Assembly (NCBI RefSeq): GCF_009914755.1
Contig: NC_060927.1
DNA from: the human T2T-CHM13v2.0 reference genome, Homo sapiens
DNA: 64,000 nt
Reading direction: 5' to 3' (one strand)
The translations under genes and the position numbers were made by a program. The notes beneath the pieces were generated by a model. The model was not told where the DNA came from and made no database searches. It was given only the letters and a program-made list of their open reading frames with translations. Of the stretch, positions 24,721 through 38,787 are shown piece after piece (within the stretch, counting starts at the first letter, position 1; the number at the start of each line of letters is the position of its first letter).

Positions 24721-27512
24721 GTGAGTGGCTGTCGGCGGCCTTGGTGCCTTCTGTTAGCCAGACTGGTCGCGCTCAGCGCGAGGGAGGGTGGTAGGGAGGG
24801 AAGGGTTGGGGAGGCCTCTGGGGTAGGCGGATGGGGCTGGGGATCAGGAGGGCGGCGAAGTGAGAGAGTTTGCTGCGATCCGTTTCACAGTTTCCCAGAC
24901 AGAACGCGCGCGCTCGCTGGCTGGCGGTGAGGTTCTGACTTGGATGCGGAGCTGCTGTTTGGGAACTCAGTCACCTAGCAGCGACTTTGGATGTCAGGGC
25001 GCCAGCCTGCTAGGGAGTGGGATGCGGACGCGGGGGTGGGAAGGGGACGCAGAGCCGCGTGTGTCCCTATAGTGGCGGAGAAGTACCTCACCTCTCATTT
25101 ACACATGGATCTCAGCTGCGGGATTAACGTGTGACTCCTGGCTACAGGAATGTGTTTGACACCTGTCTGTACACCAGGAACTATTTTTGCCAAGTGACAA
25201 TTTTCTCGTGGGACTGGAGCACATTTTTTTCTGCCTGGGTTTTCACAGGCCAGCGTGGATTTGTAGCTCCGGGCCGGAGCTTGGCTCATTAATTAACAAC
25301 TCTCTCTGTGCCCAGTTAGGACTGTATTTAATTATTCTGCTAATCTTAACGTCGTGGAAGAGACTTGCAGGAAGCAACCAATTTCCCCCAAAGCAGCCGG
25401 CGAACAGGAGGGCGAGAAGGATCACAGAGGGAGGGTTCTCAATTGTGTGGCTTCTTCTGAAAAAAAAAATCAGAACCTTCCCAAATAGGATAAGCAGATG
25501 CTCCTAAGGCTGTTCATGTCACTTTAACACACGCTAGGATAGCGGGGGAAGACTGTTTTTGTGTGGGTAGAAATGAGAATGTAGCCCCCTACTTGACATT
25601 TGCCCTTTTAAAAAGTTTCACCTTTTGGGCCTCTGGCCTCCACCCCCATTTACAATACCCCACCCAGTCTCCCATCCCATCTGCTATGCAAAATCCTAAT
25701 GGAACTTTCTGGCTGAGTTACTGGTGAATAAACTTCATCCAAGCCACCTTTCAGCATCCTCTGTGCCACAAACACACAACATAGCCCTGAGAAATTTTCT
25801 ATCCTGAGCAGATATAAGGTTACCAAAACTAATTAAATCTGAATGACTTTTCCTGCGCGTCATTAAGGTCATAATCTTAGCATCAGATGGTCTCAATCTC
25901 TGTATTTAATTAGAGCAGCCTGGAACCGTGTGGTTTTGAGCTCTAGAAACCAGAATTCAGATGAAGAAGGAATGTGAGGGGCCAGGGACCCTCTAAGTCT
26001 GATTCAGAAACATTCAAAACCAAGGCTGGGAATTGAGGGAAAGGGGGAATAAAGCGCGGAGGAAGCAGGAAATGGCCAAGGGGAATCTGAGTGGGTGGGT
26101 TCGCTCGAAGGCTGCCCTGCTTTCCCCGCAAAGAGTTTCTCTGCAGGATTTCTTGGGAGTCCGTTTCCTGTCAGACAGAATGTGGGGGCTGGGGTGGTGC
26201 TTATCTGAAGTCCCCACAGCTGCCTCCTTGAGTCCAGATGTGTGACAGCCCTGGCTGCCCTTCAGGGTAACTCTCTGGGCGTCTTGCTGGCCCTTGCTTT
26301 GTTGAGGAATTGCCCGACTTTCACTCTCGCTGTGATGCAGGGGAGGGCTGGGGAGCTGGCTCCAGGGCCTGGTAAGTGCCTCCTGCCTAGGGCCTGTGAA
26401 GGCAGTGGCTGCTGGCTCCGTGGCTAGGAGAGGAGGCGTGCGAGTGGCTATCGTAGGAGCGGGAGCTGAAAAGGCTAGCGACCCTCAGATGAAGACTGAG
26501 GGAGTCAGAGGTCCAAGCAATGAGACCAGTTTAAAAGGGAAAAGAAGGGTGGCAAGGTGGGTGCCCGGGGCCTTCTCCTGCTTTACTCCTCACTCCCCTA
26601 GATCTGAAATGTGTGAAGATGAAAAACGGGCTCATCAGAGGACGATGGTGGGGGAGGTGAGTTAGCCACTCTCCAAAGAAAACTCCTGCCTGTGGCTAGG
26701 CTGGGGGTCGTGTCTGAGGTGTTGGGCATGCCCTGAGGCTCCCTCAGGCTCACTCTAACCGAAAACAGTCTCCACTCAGCCTGTAGGCATCAATTTGAAA
26801 ACAGATTGAAAAGATAAGGTCTGTATTGAGCCTGAGTGCATGGCCCAGAGTCCGTGGACTCTTTGGGAAGAGGCTTGCCCAATTGCAACACCCAAAAGGG
26901 CTGAGGGGAGAGTCTTGAGGCTGTCTCTCAAGTGGAGGGTGTGCACTGCAGGGGACTGACTGCCTCCCTTTTCAGTTGAACCAGTTCCTCTGGTCTTAGG
27001 GAAAATACAATGGAAAGGCAACCTCCACACTCCACCTTGTAGATAAAGGCGGCCGGTTGTTTGGTCTCTATCCCTTCTCTCTCAGGGAGAACTTGGCTGT
27101 CTCCTGCGGCTTGAGTAGCTTGACTCTGAAGCAATGACTCAGAGCCCACTGCTGTGGTTCCCAAGGCAAGGGGACTTGACCATCTGACTTCCAGTCATGC
27201 AGGATTTAAAGGATACCTCCTTCTAAAGTCTGAGGAAAAGGACAAAAGTAAAAGAACCAAGAGGAAGTGGAATGTTTTGGCTATTTTTGACTTGAAGCTA
27301 AGTGAGCTACATTGGGATTTCTCTGGTGAATTCTGAGTGGTTGTAATTGTCATCACTAGGGTCAGAGTCAAGGATTTAGATAAAGTACCTGTGTGGTCTT
27401 TAAATATCACATTTGAGGAAAATATGGATGAATTTCACTGAACTTATCTTTTGATTTGGAAGAGTATGGAAAGCGACTATCTTGTATTTTTCCCTCCACC
27501 CCCACCCTCCAC

Positions 27513-27807
27513 TTTTTTTTTTTTTTTTTTTTTTTTTGATACAGGGTCTCACTCTGTTGCCCAGGCTGGAGTGTAGTGGTTTGATCATGGTTCACCACAA
27601 CCAGGATCTCCTGGGCTCCCACCTCAGCCTCCCAAGTGGCTGGGACCATAGGTGCATGCCACTACCCCAGGCTAATATTTTTATTTTTTGTAGAGACAAG
27701 GTCTCACTATGTTGCCAGGCTGGTCTCAAACTTCTGGGCTCAAGTGATCCTACTGCCTCAGCCTCCCAAAATGCTGGGATTACAGGCGTGAACCACTGCA
27801 CTTAGCC
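27513..27807 (-). mobile_element. AluJ-like
   Basis: Poly-T followed by Alu reverse complement. Confidence 0.88.
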
Positions 27808-28247
27808 TTTTTGGTTCTATTGAGTATGAGTACAGAAAGCAGGTTTGATGAAAGATGATTTTTCTTCCCTATCTTGAAACTGGTGTTGAAAGGCAGGAAA
27901 ACTGAAAACCAAGGATAGAAAGGAAATAGATATCGGGTAAGAAGGAAGAAAGAAGGCAAATGCATTTATAACTGCCTTTTTGAAGGTGAAAAACAACCAA
28001 AAGTGAGATAATGGCATGCATGTGTCTAAGGGGTGATAAATCATTGATGTCACACTCTGTGGGGAGTTAGTTTTGGGATAGCTTTGACTAGCTAGACTGT
28101 CCTTCAAGCCTGAAAAAGTGGGTCAGTTCAGAAAAGATTTCAAATCACCTGGAAATTGCTAAGTTATGTATTGCACTGGAATTTGTGATCAAGGAGCCCA
28201 GAGATTTTTCTGACCTTTCTAGGTAGAAGCCAGTTTTAGAGACTTAA

Positions 28248-28539
<292 letters not shown>

Positions 28540-29149
28540 AAGAGACTTAAGTTTCTAGTCAACTTTCATTAGCTTTAGGTATGTGGACAAAAGTCCCCTT
28601 TTGAAAGCTTTTCCTGATTACCATCCTCCACAGTGTGCATGGGATTTATTTATACTTGTTTATTGCTGTATCATTGTCCTTGCATCCCAAGCCCACGTGC
28701 CATTGTGTCTTCACATTTAGACTGAGATAGTCCAGCCACCTGAACATCTCAGAGGTAAAGAGAGGAAGGAGGTGGGACTTACCCAAACTGAATCACTTCA
28801 CTGGGGAGGTGCAGGGATTGGTTTCTATGATTCTTTCTTTACTTGGGTAGTCCTTCCTGCTTGTCTCTGATGTCATGGGCTTTGGGTAAGTGTATGGGGA
28901 TTCACAGGGCATCCAAAGGCATTTTTATCTATAACTTTGTCTTATCCTACTTTGTTCCAGAATTCTCAGCCAGAAACCTTATGACTTGACGTAAATATCT
29001 CTTCCTTGGTCCTTAAATTAATATAGCCCATTTGATAAATGGAGTTTAATATGTGAAACCGTGACACCAAGTTCCTTTACAAAGGTGTTGGTAACTGCAA
29101 AAAGGAACCATTATGACATTCACTGTTGTTGACTTTAATTCACCATCCA

Positions 29150-29429
<280 letters not shown>

Positions 29430-29541
29430 TCACCATCCAGGGGATAAAATCCTTGGGGCCTTGATGTGTATCCTTTTATTTCTTCATCTTCTAGGAAATG
29501 CCTTTACCATGATGGAAACTGAATTGATTATTTAGCATATA

Positions 29542-29759
29542 CAGTTGTCCCTCAGTAGCCACAGGGGATTGGTTCCAGGAACCCCTGCGGGTACCAAACT
29601 TTAAGGATGTTCAAGTCCCATAGTCGGCCTTATTGAATCTTCAGATACAAAAAGTCAGACCTCTGTGCCCATGGGTTTCGCATCCCACAAATACAGTATT
29701 TTTTGTCAGAGTTTGGTGAATCTGAGGATGTAGAACCTGTGGATACACAGGGCCTACTG
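29542..29759. mobile_element. TcMar-Tigger MITE (MER2/MER8 type)
   Basis: ta-cagttgtccctcagtagccacaggggattggttccagga...ggatacacagggcctactg-ta; imperfect terminal inverted repeats with TA target. Confidence 0.75.
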
Positions 29760-30440
29760 TATGCTTTTGCGATATGTCTCTTGGTTTTCTTTGCCTCCCA
29801 GGGATGTACTCTATTTCTATCTTTCTTTTTTCTTTTTTTCTTTTTTTTAAATTAAATGTCTCAGCAGAATCAACCAGGGATATACTCAACCTGGGAAGAA
29901 GTAGCACACATATTTACTGTCTTCAACCCGAATCCTATGCTTCTCTTTCCATGTCTGATTATCTAATCTACTGAATGGTGATAGGTGTATCATTTATTAC
30001 CTAGATACAGTATCAATTAGTATCTGGATAACAGTACTGACTGCCAGTCAAACCACAGCATGGTAGAAATGGGGGTGTATGAAGGTGGTGGGGTGAGGTG
30101 GAGTTTGGAAACTGAAGCTGAATATCCCTCCTGTGGTACAGCTGCATGCCCAACAATCACTGATAATCCTGTAGGCAATGGTTCCATAGGGTATAGGTTC
30201 ATAAATCCTACCTTGGGAATAAAAGGTGCAAATTATGACTCTGTATCTGTTTTTTAATGCAAAATAACTTTAAAAATAAAAATAAAAAAGCAAGTTGAAT
30301 GTTGAGGACTTTACTCTTGAGCCCATACAACACTGGGCATACCTTCTGGAGTAGTGTTGCTGATATTCTATTTTGTGGTATTCCTTTTAAGAATCTTCAT
30401 ACTGTTTTCTTCTACCCTAAAAACATTGCCCATCTTTTTG

Positions 30441-30473
30441 CACTTGATCTTAGCCAAAAGGCCAAGAAGTGAT
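30441..30473 (-). pseudogene. 3'-truncated (tailless) U2 snRNA retropseudogene, U2 nt 1-33
   Basis: Reverse complement ATCACTTCTTGGCCTTTTGGCTAAGATCAAGTG equals the U2 5' end with two CpG-decay changes. Flanked by a 14-bp TSD, tgcccatctttttg (30427-30440, 30474-30487). Confidence 0.9.
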
Positions 30474-31124
30474 TGCCCATCTTTTTGAAGTGCTACTCTT
30501 TCAGTGAGTAGCACATCCTGCCCCTTCCTTCAGACCTAACCCCAGGCTTTTCCTGAAGGAAGGCTCTGGAAAAGGCTGAGGTCTGAAACCTGAGGGTGTC
30601 TTCTCAAGCAGAAGGGACTAAATCATGGAAAGCTACAGCCAGAAGGAACACCAGGAATCATTTAATTCCTCCTACTCCTTTTATACAGGAGAAAATGGAG
30701 ATCCAGCCTTTTAGTAGCAGGATCAGAACTAGCATCCTTTTCTGATATTCTTTCCTCAACTCTTTTTCATTCCTGGGCATGTGGCTTGTCTTCGTCTGAA
30801 CAGAGGCAGGACTGACCCAACTGAGAAGGGTAGAGATAGTACCCAAACTCTAAATCGGGTGTTGACTGTGTTGATCTGTTGTTTCTGGGGGTGAATGCAC
30901 TGCCTGGAGCCATTTGGAATTAAATGTACCTGCTTTCAAATGTGGTCTGCTTTCAAGGGACTCTTCTGTCCCAAAACTGAAGATGTCAGAGACCACCATC
31001 ACATCTCTCTCTCCCAGAGCAGCTTGTACACGTTTTCTTAGTTAATATCTGTTCATGTTTTTCTCTCTGGTTCAACTTAATTCAGGTCCCTTTTCCCCGC
31101 CCTTTTTTGTCCTTGTTCTTTCCT

Positions 31125-31251
31125 TTTCTTTTTTTGAGACAAGGCCTCACTGTGTTGCCCAAGCCGGTCTTGAACTTCTGGACACAAGCAATCCTCTCAT
31201 CTCTACCTCCCAAAGTGCTGAGGTTACAGGTGTGAGCCACCATGCCCAGCC
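31125..31251 (-). mobile_element. Alu left monomer (FLAM-like)
   Basis: Alu left-arm reverse complement. Confidence 0.75.
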
Positions 31252-31833
31252 ATTGTCCCTGTTCTTGAAGCTTACCCTTTCACAGTCATTGCATCTTTGA
31301 ACATTGCTTTTTGTGTAACACAGTGTTTTAATTTATTTGACAAATGTTTATGCTGACTGCATGCCAGCCCTGTGCTAGGTGCTTGGGAGAGTGGACAAGA
31401 AGGAATCTAATGACATTTACCCCATTGAGCTGTGAAGATTGGTTAAGACAATGTAAGTAAAGGGCCTAGCATAATGCCAGGCATATAAAGTGCTCTAAAA
31501 AAATTAGCTATTAACCATAGCAGTAATTGTAATACTAGACATAGACCCCATCCTCAGGGGACTCCCAGCTAAATATCTGTAGGTCCAGTTGGTGGTAACA
31601 CTGTAAATGTAAGTTCCAAAGCAATTTAATGGCCCTGGCTCAAACCATTGTCAACAGTGCCTCAGTGCTGTGGAGTTGTCACTGTGGGGAAGAAAACTTG
31701 TGATCTAGATGTGTGGTGGGAATTTCCTTTTTAAAAAACTTAATTAGACCAATAAAAAACCACATAACACTTCCAGTGTTGTAATTTCTTTGTGTTACAT
31801 AAAAGAAGATTCAACAGAAGATACTGGCAAGAG

Positions 31834-32174
<341 letters not shown>

Positions 32175-33129
32175 CTAAGTTATCCTTCTCTTAGGGGCAA
32201 CACAAGGTACAAGAACTGGAGAATAGCAACCCGATTTTTGAAGTTTGGATGCTGAGCATCTACATTATAAAAAAAAAAGATAGCCAATTGCTTTTTCTTG
32301 CCTGTGCCTTGACTTTGGTTAGCAATATCATTGGAAACGTTTTTCTCTTCTTTTTGGCCAATATTTATTGCACATCTTTTATGTTTGAGGCTTTGTTGGT
32401 TCTTCTTCAGACTGTTTTTGCCTAGATAAAAATCATAACCGGCTGCCCTCAGGCCATTATTCCAGCCCCCATGGTGCTGGATGTTTCACTGAGGCTCCAC
32501 CAGTATCTTCCCCCTCCCTTGTAGGTGAGGCCCACGGGTGGCTTGCCTCCCTGCCTGCTGTAATCAATGACTAATAGAGCATATCTTTTGCTCTTGGCAG
32601 AACTGTGTTACAATTCCTGGAAGGAGGGGAACCCTGGTTACACCTGTGAGGCAGCCAGGAGGCTGCCAGGCAGCTTTTGCCAAGTGAAAGAGCAAAGATC
32701 AGAGTTACTAAAACAGGTTGTTCCACATTCTTTTTGCCTTTCTGGTGACCACAGTGAGGAAACTGTCAAATTGAAGGGGAGGGAAACCCCTTCTGCTGCT
32801 AGGTCAAAGCAGTACCTCCTAAAATGTTTCTGTTTCCAGGTATGTGCTCTTCCCAGCGCAGGATTAGTTGTGGGCTTGTATCTCTTCTTTTACAGCATCT
32901 GGTGTGTCATCAGCTGTCAGGATATTCTCAGTTTCTGCTCTCTCTCCATGAGAATCTTCATATTGCTCCTGTGGGGAAAGGGATGTTATCTTTTCCCATT
33001 CAAAGGGGAAACCAAGCCTTGTTGTTTAAAAGAATTGCAAACACATTGTTTGCCACACATTTTGTATCTCAGTTTCATATCTGTGCAGTGCTCCTTCTCT
33101 TCTTTGTCTGCCTACTCACAGAATGACTT

Positions 33130-33303
33130 AGAGCAGAAGTTCTCAAAGTGTGGTCACCTGGGAACATGTTACAAATGCAGATTCCCAGGCACCATTGACC
33201 ACCCTGCCCCGCCTCACCCCACAACTGAGGGATGGGCTCTAGCAGTCTGTGTTTTAATAAGCCCTCCAGGTGGTTGTGGTGCACGCTCAAATTTGAGGAC
33301 TAC
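33130..33303. mobile_element. MER5A
   Basis: gttctcaaagtgtggtc...acaaatgcagattcccaggc...gtctgtgttttaataagccctccaggtg...aaatttgaggactact. Confidence 0.7.
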
Positions 33304-33694
33304 TAACTTAGTGCTGCTCACTTGGAGGGAAAAGGTAGATTTCCTCTCAGTCTTGTCTTTTTCTTTTTGATTTGTTCTTTTCTCTCTTTTCTCCCTCCAC
33401 CCTCCCCTAACCTGCCTCCTCTCCCCAGCTCCAGCAAAACATTCCATAATGGAAGGCTCCCTGTGTCCCTGGGGAATTCTTGGTTTGAGACATTGTAGAG
33501 GCCCATTTGCTATTTGCTTTCACAGGGGTGTCAGGGAATAGGAATTAGGAATCAGGAATTATCTATGTCTTCCACGAGCTTAACAGCCCAAAGATCCAGT
33601 AAGGGAGGTTGTTGCATCTTTCTTCTCACTTAAGATTACTTTGCTTTTATTTTGTTTTCCTCATTACCCTCTCCCGCCACATTCCCCTGCCAAA

Positions 33695-34337
<643 letters not shown>

Positions 34338-35096
34338 TTCCAGGATATTTTCAATGACTATAAAAGTGTTTCATTGCAGACAAGACTTAAACTTGACAAC
34401 TATTAGTATTAGTTTAATATAATGGTTAAGAGTTCGGTGGGAAGATCCTGGGAAGAGTCCTGGGTTAAGAAATAGATCTTTCCAGGATCAGATTATATAA
34501 ACAGACTAATTCTTGTCCTGGGACTGACATATCTCCAGTCCCACTTCCCACCTTGCCTTTCTGCAGGACCAGTGAATGATCAGCCTTTATCTCTCCTCCC
34601 CAGGAGATCAGCAAGCACTGTGGCTGGAGCCTCAGGATTTACCCCTCCCCTCTTTTTCTTAGTTATGAGGTATTGGGAATCTTCTCACCCTGGGGCCTTC
34701 TCATTGTGCAGCTGATGTCACTGAGCAGGTCCAGGGATTTTTCTTTCCTTTTTTCTTTTTCTTTCCTTTTTTTAAATTTTTTTAAAAATTTTATTTATTT
34801 ATTTTTTTGAGATATACCATGGGAAATAGTTCATTTTTAAATTATTGCAACTAGGAAGAGAACCTTGATTTTTTTTTCTGAGAAAAATCATACATAAATG
34901 GGAAAATTTGAAAATACAGATAAGTGAAGATAAAATTATATCACTTAGAGATAACTAGTATTAACACAACATACATTCTTTTGGTCTTTTTTTTCCATGT
35001 GTGTTTTTTTTTCTCAGAAATATGATACAGAAGTGTTACAAACTGTTTTCACCTAACATATTGAACGACTTCTACTACATTTTAATGAATGTATTC

Positions 35097-35286
35097 CATG
35101 GTATACTGGAGCCAGCTCAGCTCAGACAGGGATTGTTAAATAGTCAGGATTTCCAGAGCAGATTATTAAACTATTAGTAGCTTGAGATCAGCCATGGTGG
35201 GAGTATTTATACCATGGAAGTTACCAGACACCATGAATTGGGGCTTCTTGTTTTATTTAGAGGGCTGGTTTATTAGTATACCACTA
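35097..35286. mobile_element. MER63-like hAT MITE
   Basis: ctggagccagctc...gattgttaaa...gtagcttgagatcagccatggtgggagtattta...taccact. Confidence 0.65.
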
Positions 35287-35749
35287 TATACACATTTTAT
35301 CATGTAAATGTGATTTGTTCTGATTGAAATAATCTCCCTATTTTAGGTTATTTCTGATTTTTGCTGTTATAAACACTATGTAATGGCAATCATGGATGTC
35401 CTAGTACACATCCATAATTACTTCCTTAGGATACATTCCTTGAAATAGTTCCAGAATCAAAGGGTGTCTGGAATTACAAGAACTTGTTACCAAGTACCCT
35501 CAGTTTCATACCCTTTGAAAGGAAGAATGTACTATTTTTGTTTTAAGAGGATTTATGAGAAACATCCTCTAGTACCAAGAATTTCATGTCTCTCCTGTTT
35601 ACTTCTGTTTACATTTTCTGAATGAATTCTTTTTATATAAGGAAATACCCTGGCTGAGAGTATAATAAGCGAATGCCTTTAATTCATAGGATATAGACTG
35701 ATATGTAGGGTATAAAAAGTATATTTTGTGGCATTCTGGAATGAAAGGC

Positions 35750-36565
<816 letters not shown>

Positions 36566-36578
36566 TAATAAGTACATA

Positions 36579-36906
36579 GGGTCGGGCACGGTGGCCCACG
36601 CCTGTAATCCCAACACTTTGGGAGGCCGAGGTGGGTAGATCAGTTGAGGCCAGGAGTTCGAGACCAGCCTGGCCAATATGGCGAAACCCCATCTCTACCA
36701 AAAATACAAAAATTAGCCAGGCATTGGTGGTGCATGCCTGTAGTCTCAGCTACTTGGGAGACTGAGGCGTGAGAATCCTTGAACCCGGGAGGCGGAGGTT
36801 GCAGTGAGCCAAGTTTGTGCTATGGCACTCCAATCTAGGTGACAGAGCAAGACTCTGTCTTAAAAAAAAACAAAAACAAAAACACAAACAAAACAAAACA
36901 ACAAAA
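36579..36906 (+). mobile_element. AluS
   Basis: TSD aataagtacatag; (CAAAA)n tail. Confidence 0.9.
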
Positions 36907-37427
36907 ATAAGTACATAGATGTCTCTGTGGACCTGTGCCAACCATCACATTCAGATGGTTTCATTAATTCCTTAATCAAACAGGAAATTAGGCTGAGCAC
37001 TTTTTGTGTTGATTCCCAAATATTTGAATACTGTGTGGCAGATATTAGGCTAGTGACATAGAAATCTTAAGATATTTCTCTGCCCCGAGTTGGTCCCAAG
37101 TAAACCAAGTTGGGAGCTATTCCATAAATGTGAAACAGTGATAACAAAAAGGGGAAAAAAAGAAAAGAAAAATCAGTTGCTAAAGACAATAAGGGGAACA
37201 GTGCTGCGAGGTCCTGCCAGATTGCTGGCTAAAATAATTACGTAGAAGCTGATGTGAGCATAGCAGCCTGGGATGATCTGGGAGGACTCCCCAGGGGATG
37301 CAGGGTTCTCACTGCGTGCTAAAGAGCAGGAAGGGGTTTTTAAAGGGCCAAGGACATAGTGGGAGCAAAGCAGCAGGGATATTCAGGGGACCACAGAGGA
37401 AAACTTGGTTAGAGCTGCTTTCTAAAG

Positions 37428-37680
37428 CTGCACTGTCCAATCCAGTAGCCACTGGCCATTTGTGGCTACTGAGGACCTGAAATGAGGCCAGTCCAAATTG
37501 AGATATGCTGTATATGTAAATATTTAAAGCATCTCAATTTTTATATTGGTTATATATTGAAATGATATTTGGAGCTATTGTTTTGAAATGAAATATGAGA
37601 TTAAAAAAAAACTTTTGGAGCTACTGGGTTAAATGTAATGCAATAAAACTAATTTCACCTGTTTGTTTCTACTTTATAAT
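37428..37680 (-). mobile_element. MER33 (hAT-Charlie) fragment
   Basis: ctgcactgtccaatccagtagccactggccatttgtggctactgag...aaaactaatttcacctgttt. Confidence 0.75.
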
Positions 37681-38469
37681 AATTAGTGAAATGATTCCAT
37701 TCTATCTGTAGTAAATTTTATATATCTCTGTAGAGAAGATAGTGAAGTGTAGGACGGTCCTGCCCTTATGTTTGGAGGAACAGGGAGGGTGGAGTACTGG
37801 ATCTAGTCTGAGGGAAGACCCAGCTCTTTGGAAGGAATCTGGAGGGCCAAGGACCCCAGTGAATTGGAACTCACTCTCAGGTTCCTGGAACTGTATTTTA
37901 GCCACCTGCTCCAGTTTGATTCCACAGAAATCTGTCCCACAGTGGCCACTTGTTTCTGGTATTTACAAACGTCCAGAGGGATTCTGGGGGAAATCAGCTG
38001 CTCCTCTGGAGGCCCAAGTCCATCTGAAATCACAGCTTGATTTCCAGAACCTAGGAGAGAGAGGTCCAGCTGGTCTTGATGAAATCAAGGGCTACTCCAA
38101 TGGCCTGGAATCTCCAAAGAAGGTCGGAAGACTTTCTTGAGACATCCCAAGGGGCTTCCCGTAGCCAGGTGCAAGGTGAAGGTTGACCTGAAGCCAGACC
38201 TTGATTGCCAGTGTGCTCTAATTTAATCCAGTCCTGTGAAGTCTTCCCAGAGATCCAGTGAGGCCAGTGGCTGCCAGAGTATTCTGGGGCCTTGCTGGAG
38301 GCCTCCTGACTCCTGGTCCCCTCAATAATCAGAAATCTAAAGAGGACAAGGAACTGCTGTCATAATTTTGCAGTGTAGAGGGGCATCATATATAGGTCCT
38401 TCTCTCTCTCTTCCCCTCATTACCCCCTCTGTCTCATTCACACACGTTTTGTTTGTTTTTTTGTGTTGT

Positions 38470-38787
38470 TGTTGTTTGTTTGATGTTGTTTTTGTCATTG
38501 TTTTTGAGACAGGTGACATTTGCTCTGTCACCCAGGCTGGAGTGCAGTGGCTCAATCTCGGCTCACTGCAACCTCCGCATCCCAGGCCCAAGCCATCCTC
38601 CTACCTAAGCCTCAAGAGTAGCTGGGACCACAGTAGCACACCACTACGCCTAGCTAATTTCTTATATTTAATAGAGACAAGGTCTTGCCATGTTGGCCAG
38701 GCTGGTCTGGAACAGCTGGGCTCAAGCAATCTGCCCACCTCAACCTCCCACAGTGCTGGGATTACAGGTGTAGCCACCACGCCTGGC
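38470..38787 (-). mobile_element. AluJ-like
   Basis: Alu reverse complement with (TTG)n-type tail. Confidence 0.85.

Larger units (their letters stand above)
24300..25080 (+). promoter_or_regulatory. Intragenic CpG island / TATA-less internal promoter of KALRN Duet
   Basis: Abrupt rise in GC and CpG density (gcggccgcgg, cgcgcgcgc). GC boxes ctccgcccct (~24416-24425) and gggagggcggg (~24523-24534). Surrounds the ATG exon; edges approximate. Confidence 0.88.

Noticed and set aside
24362-24930. GC-rich ORFs across the CpG island (110 aa, 80 aa)
   Set aside because: Out of frame with the Duet exon and expected from stop-codon scarcity in GC-rich DNA.
32567-33370. Longest ORF in the track (267 aa)
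   Set aside because: Cys/Leu/Phe-rich low-information translation with no recognisable domain, running through a MER5A; consistent with a chance intronic ORF.
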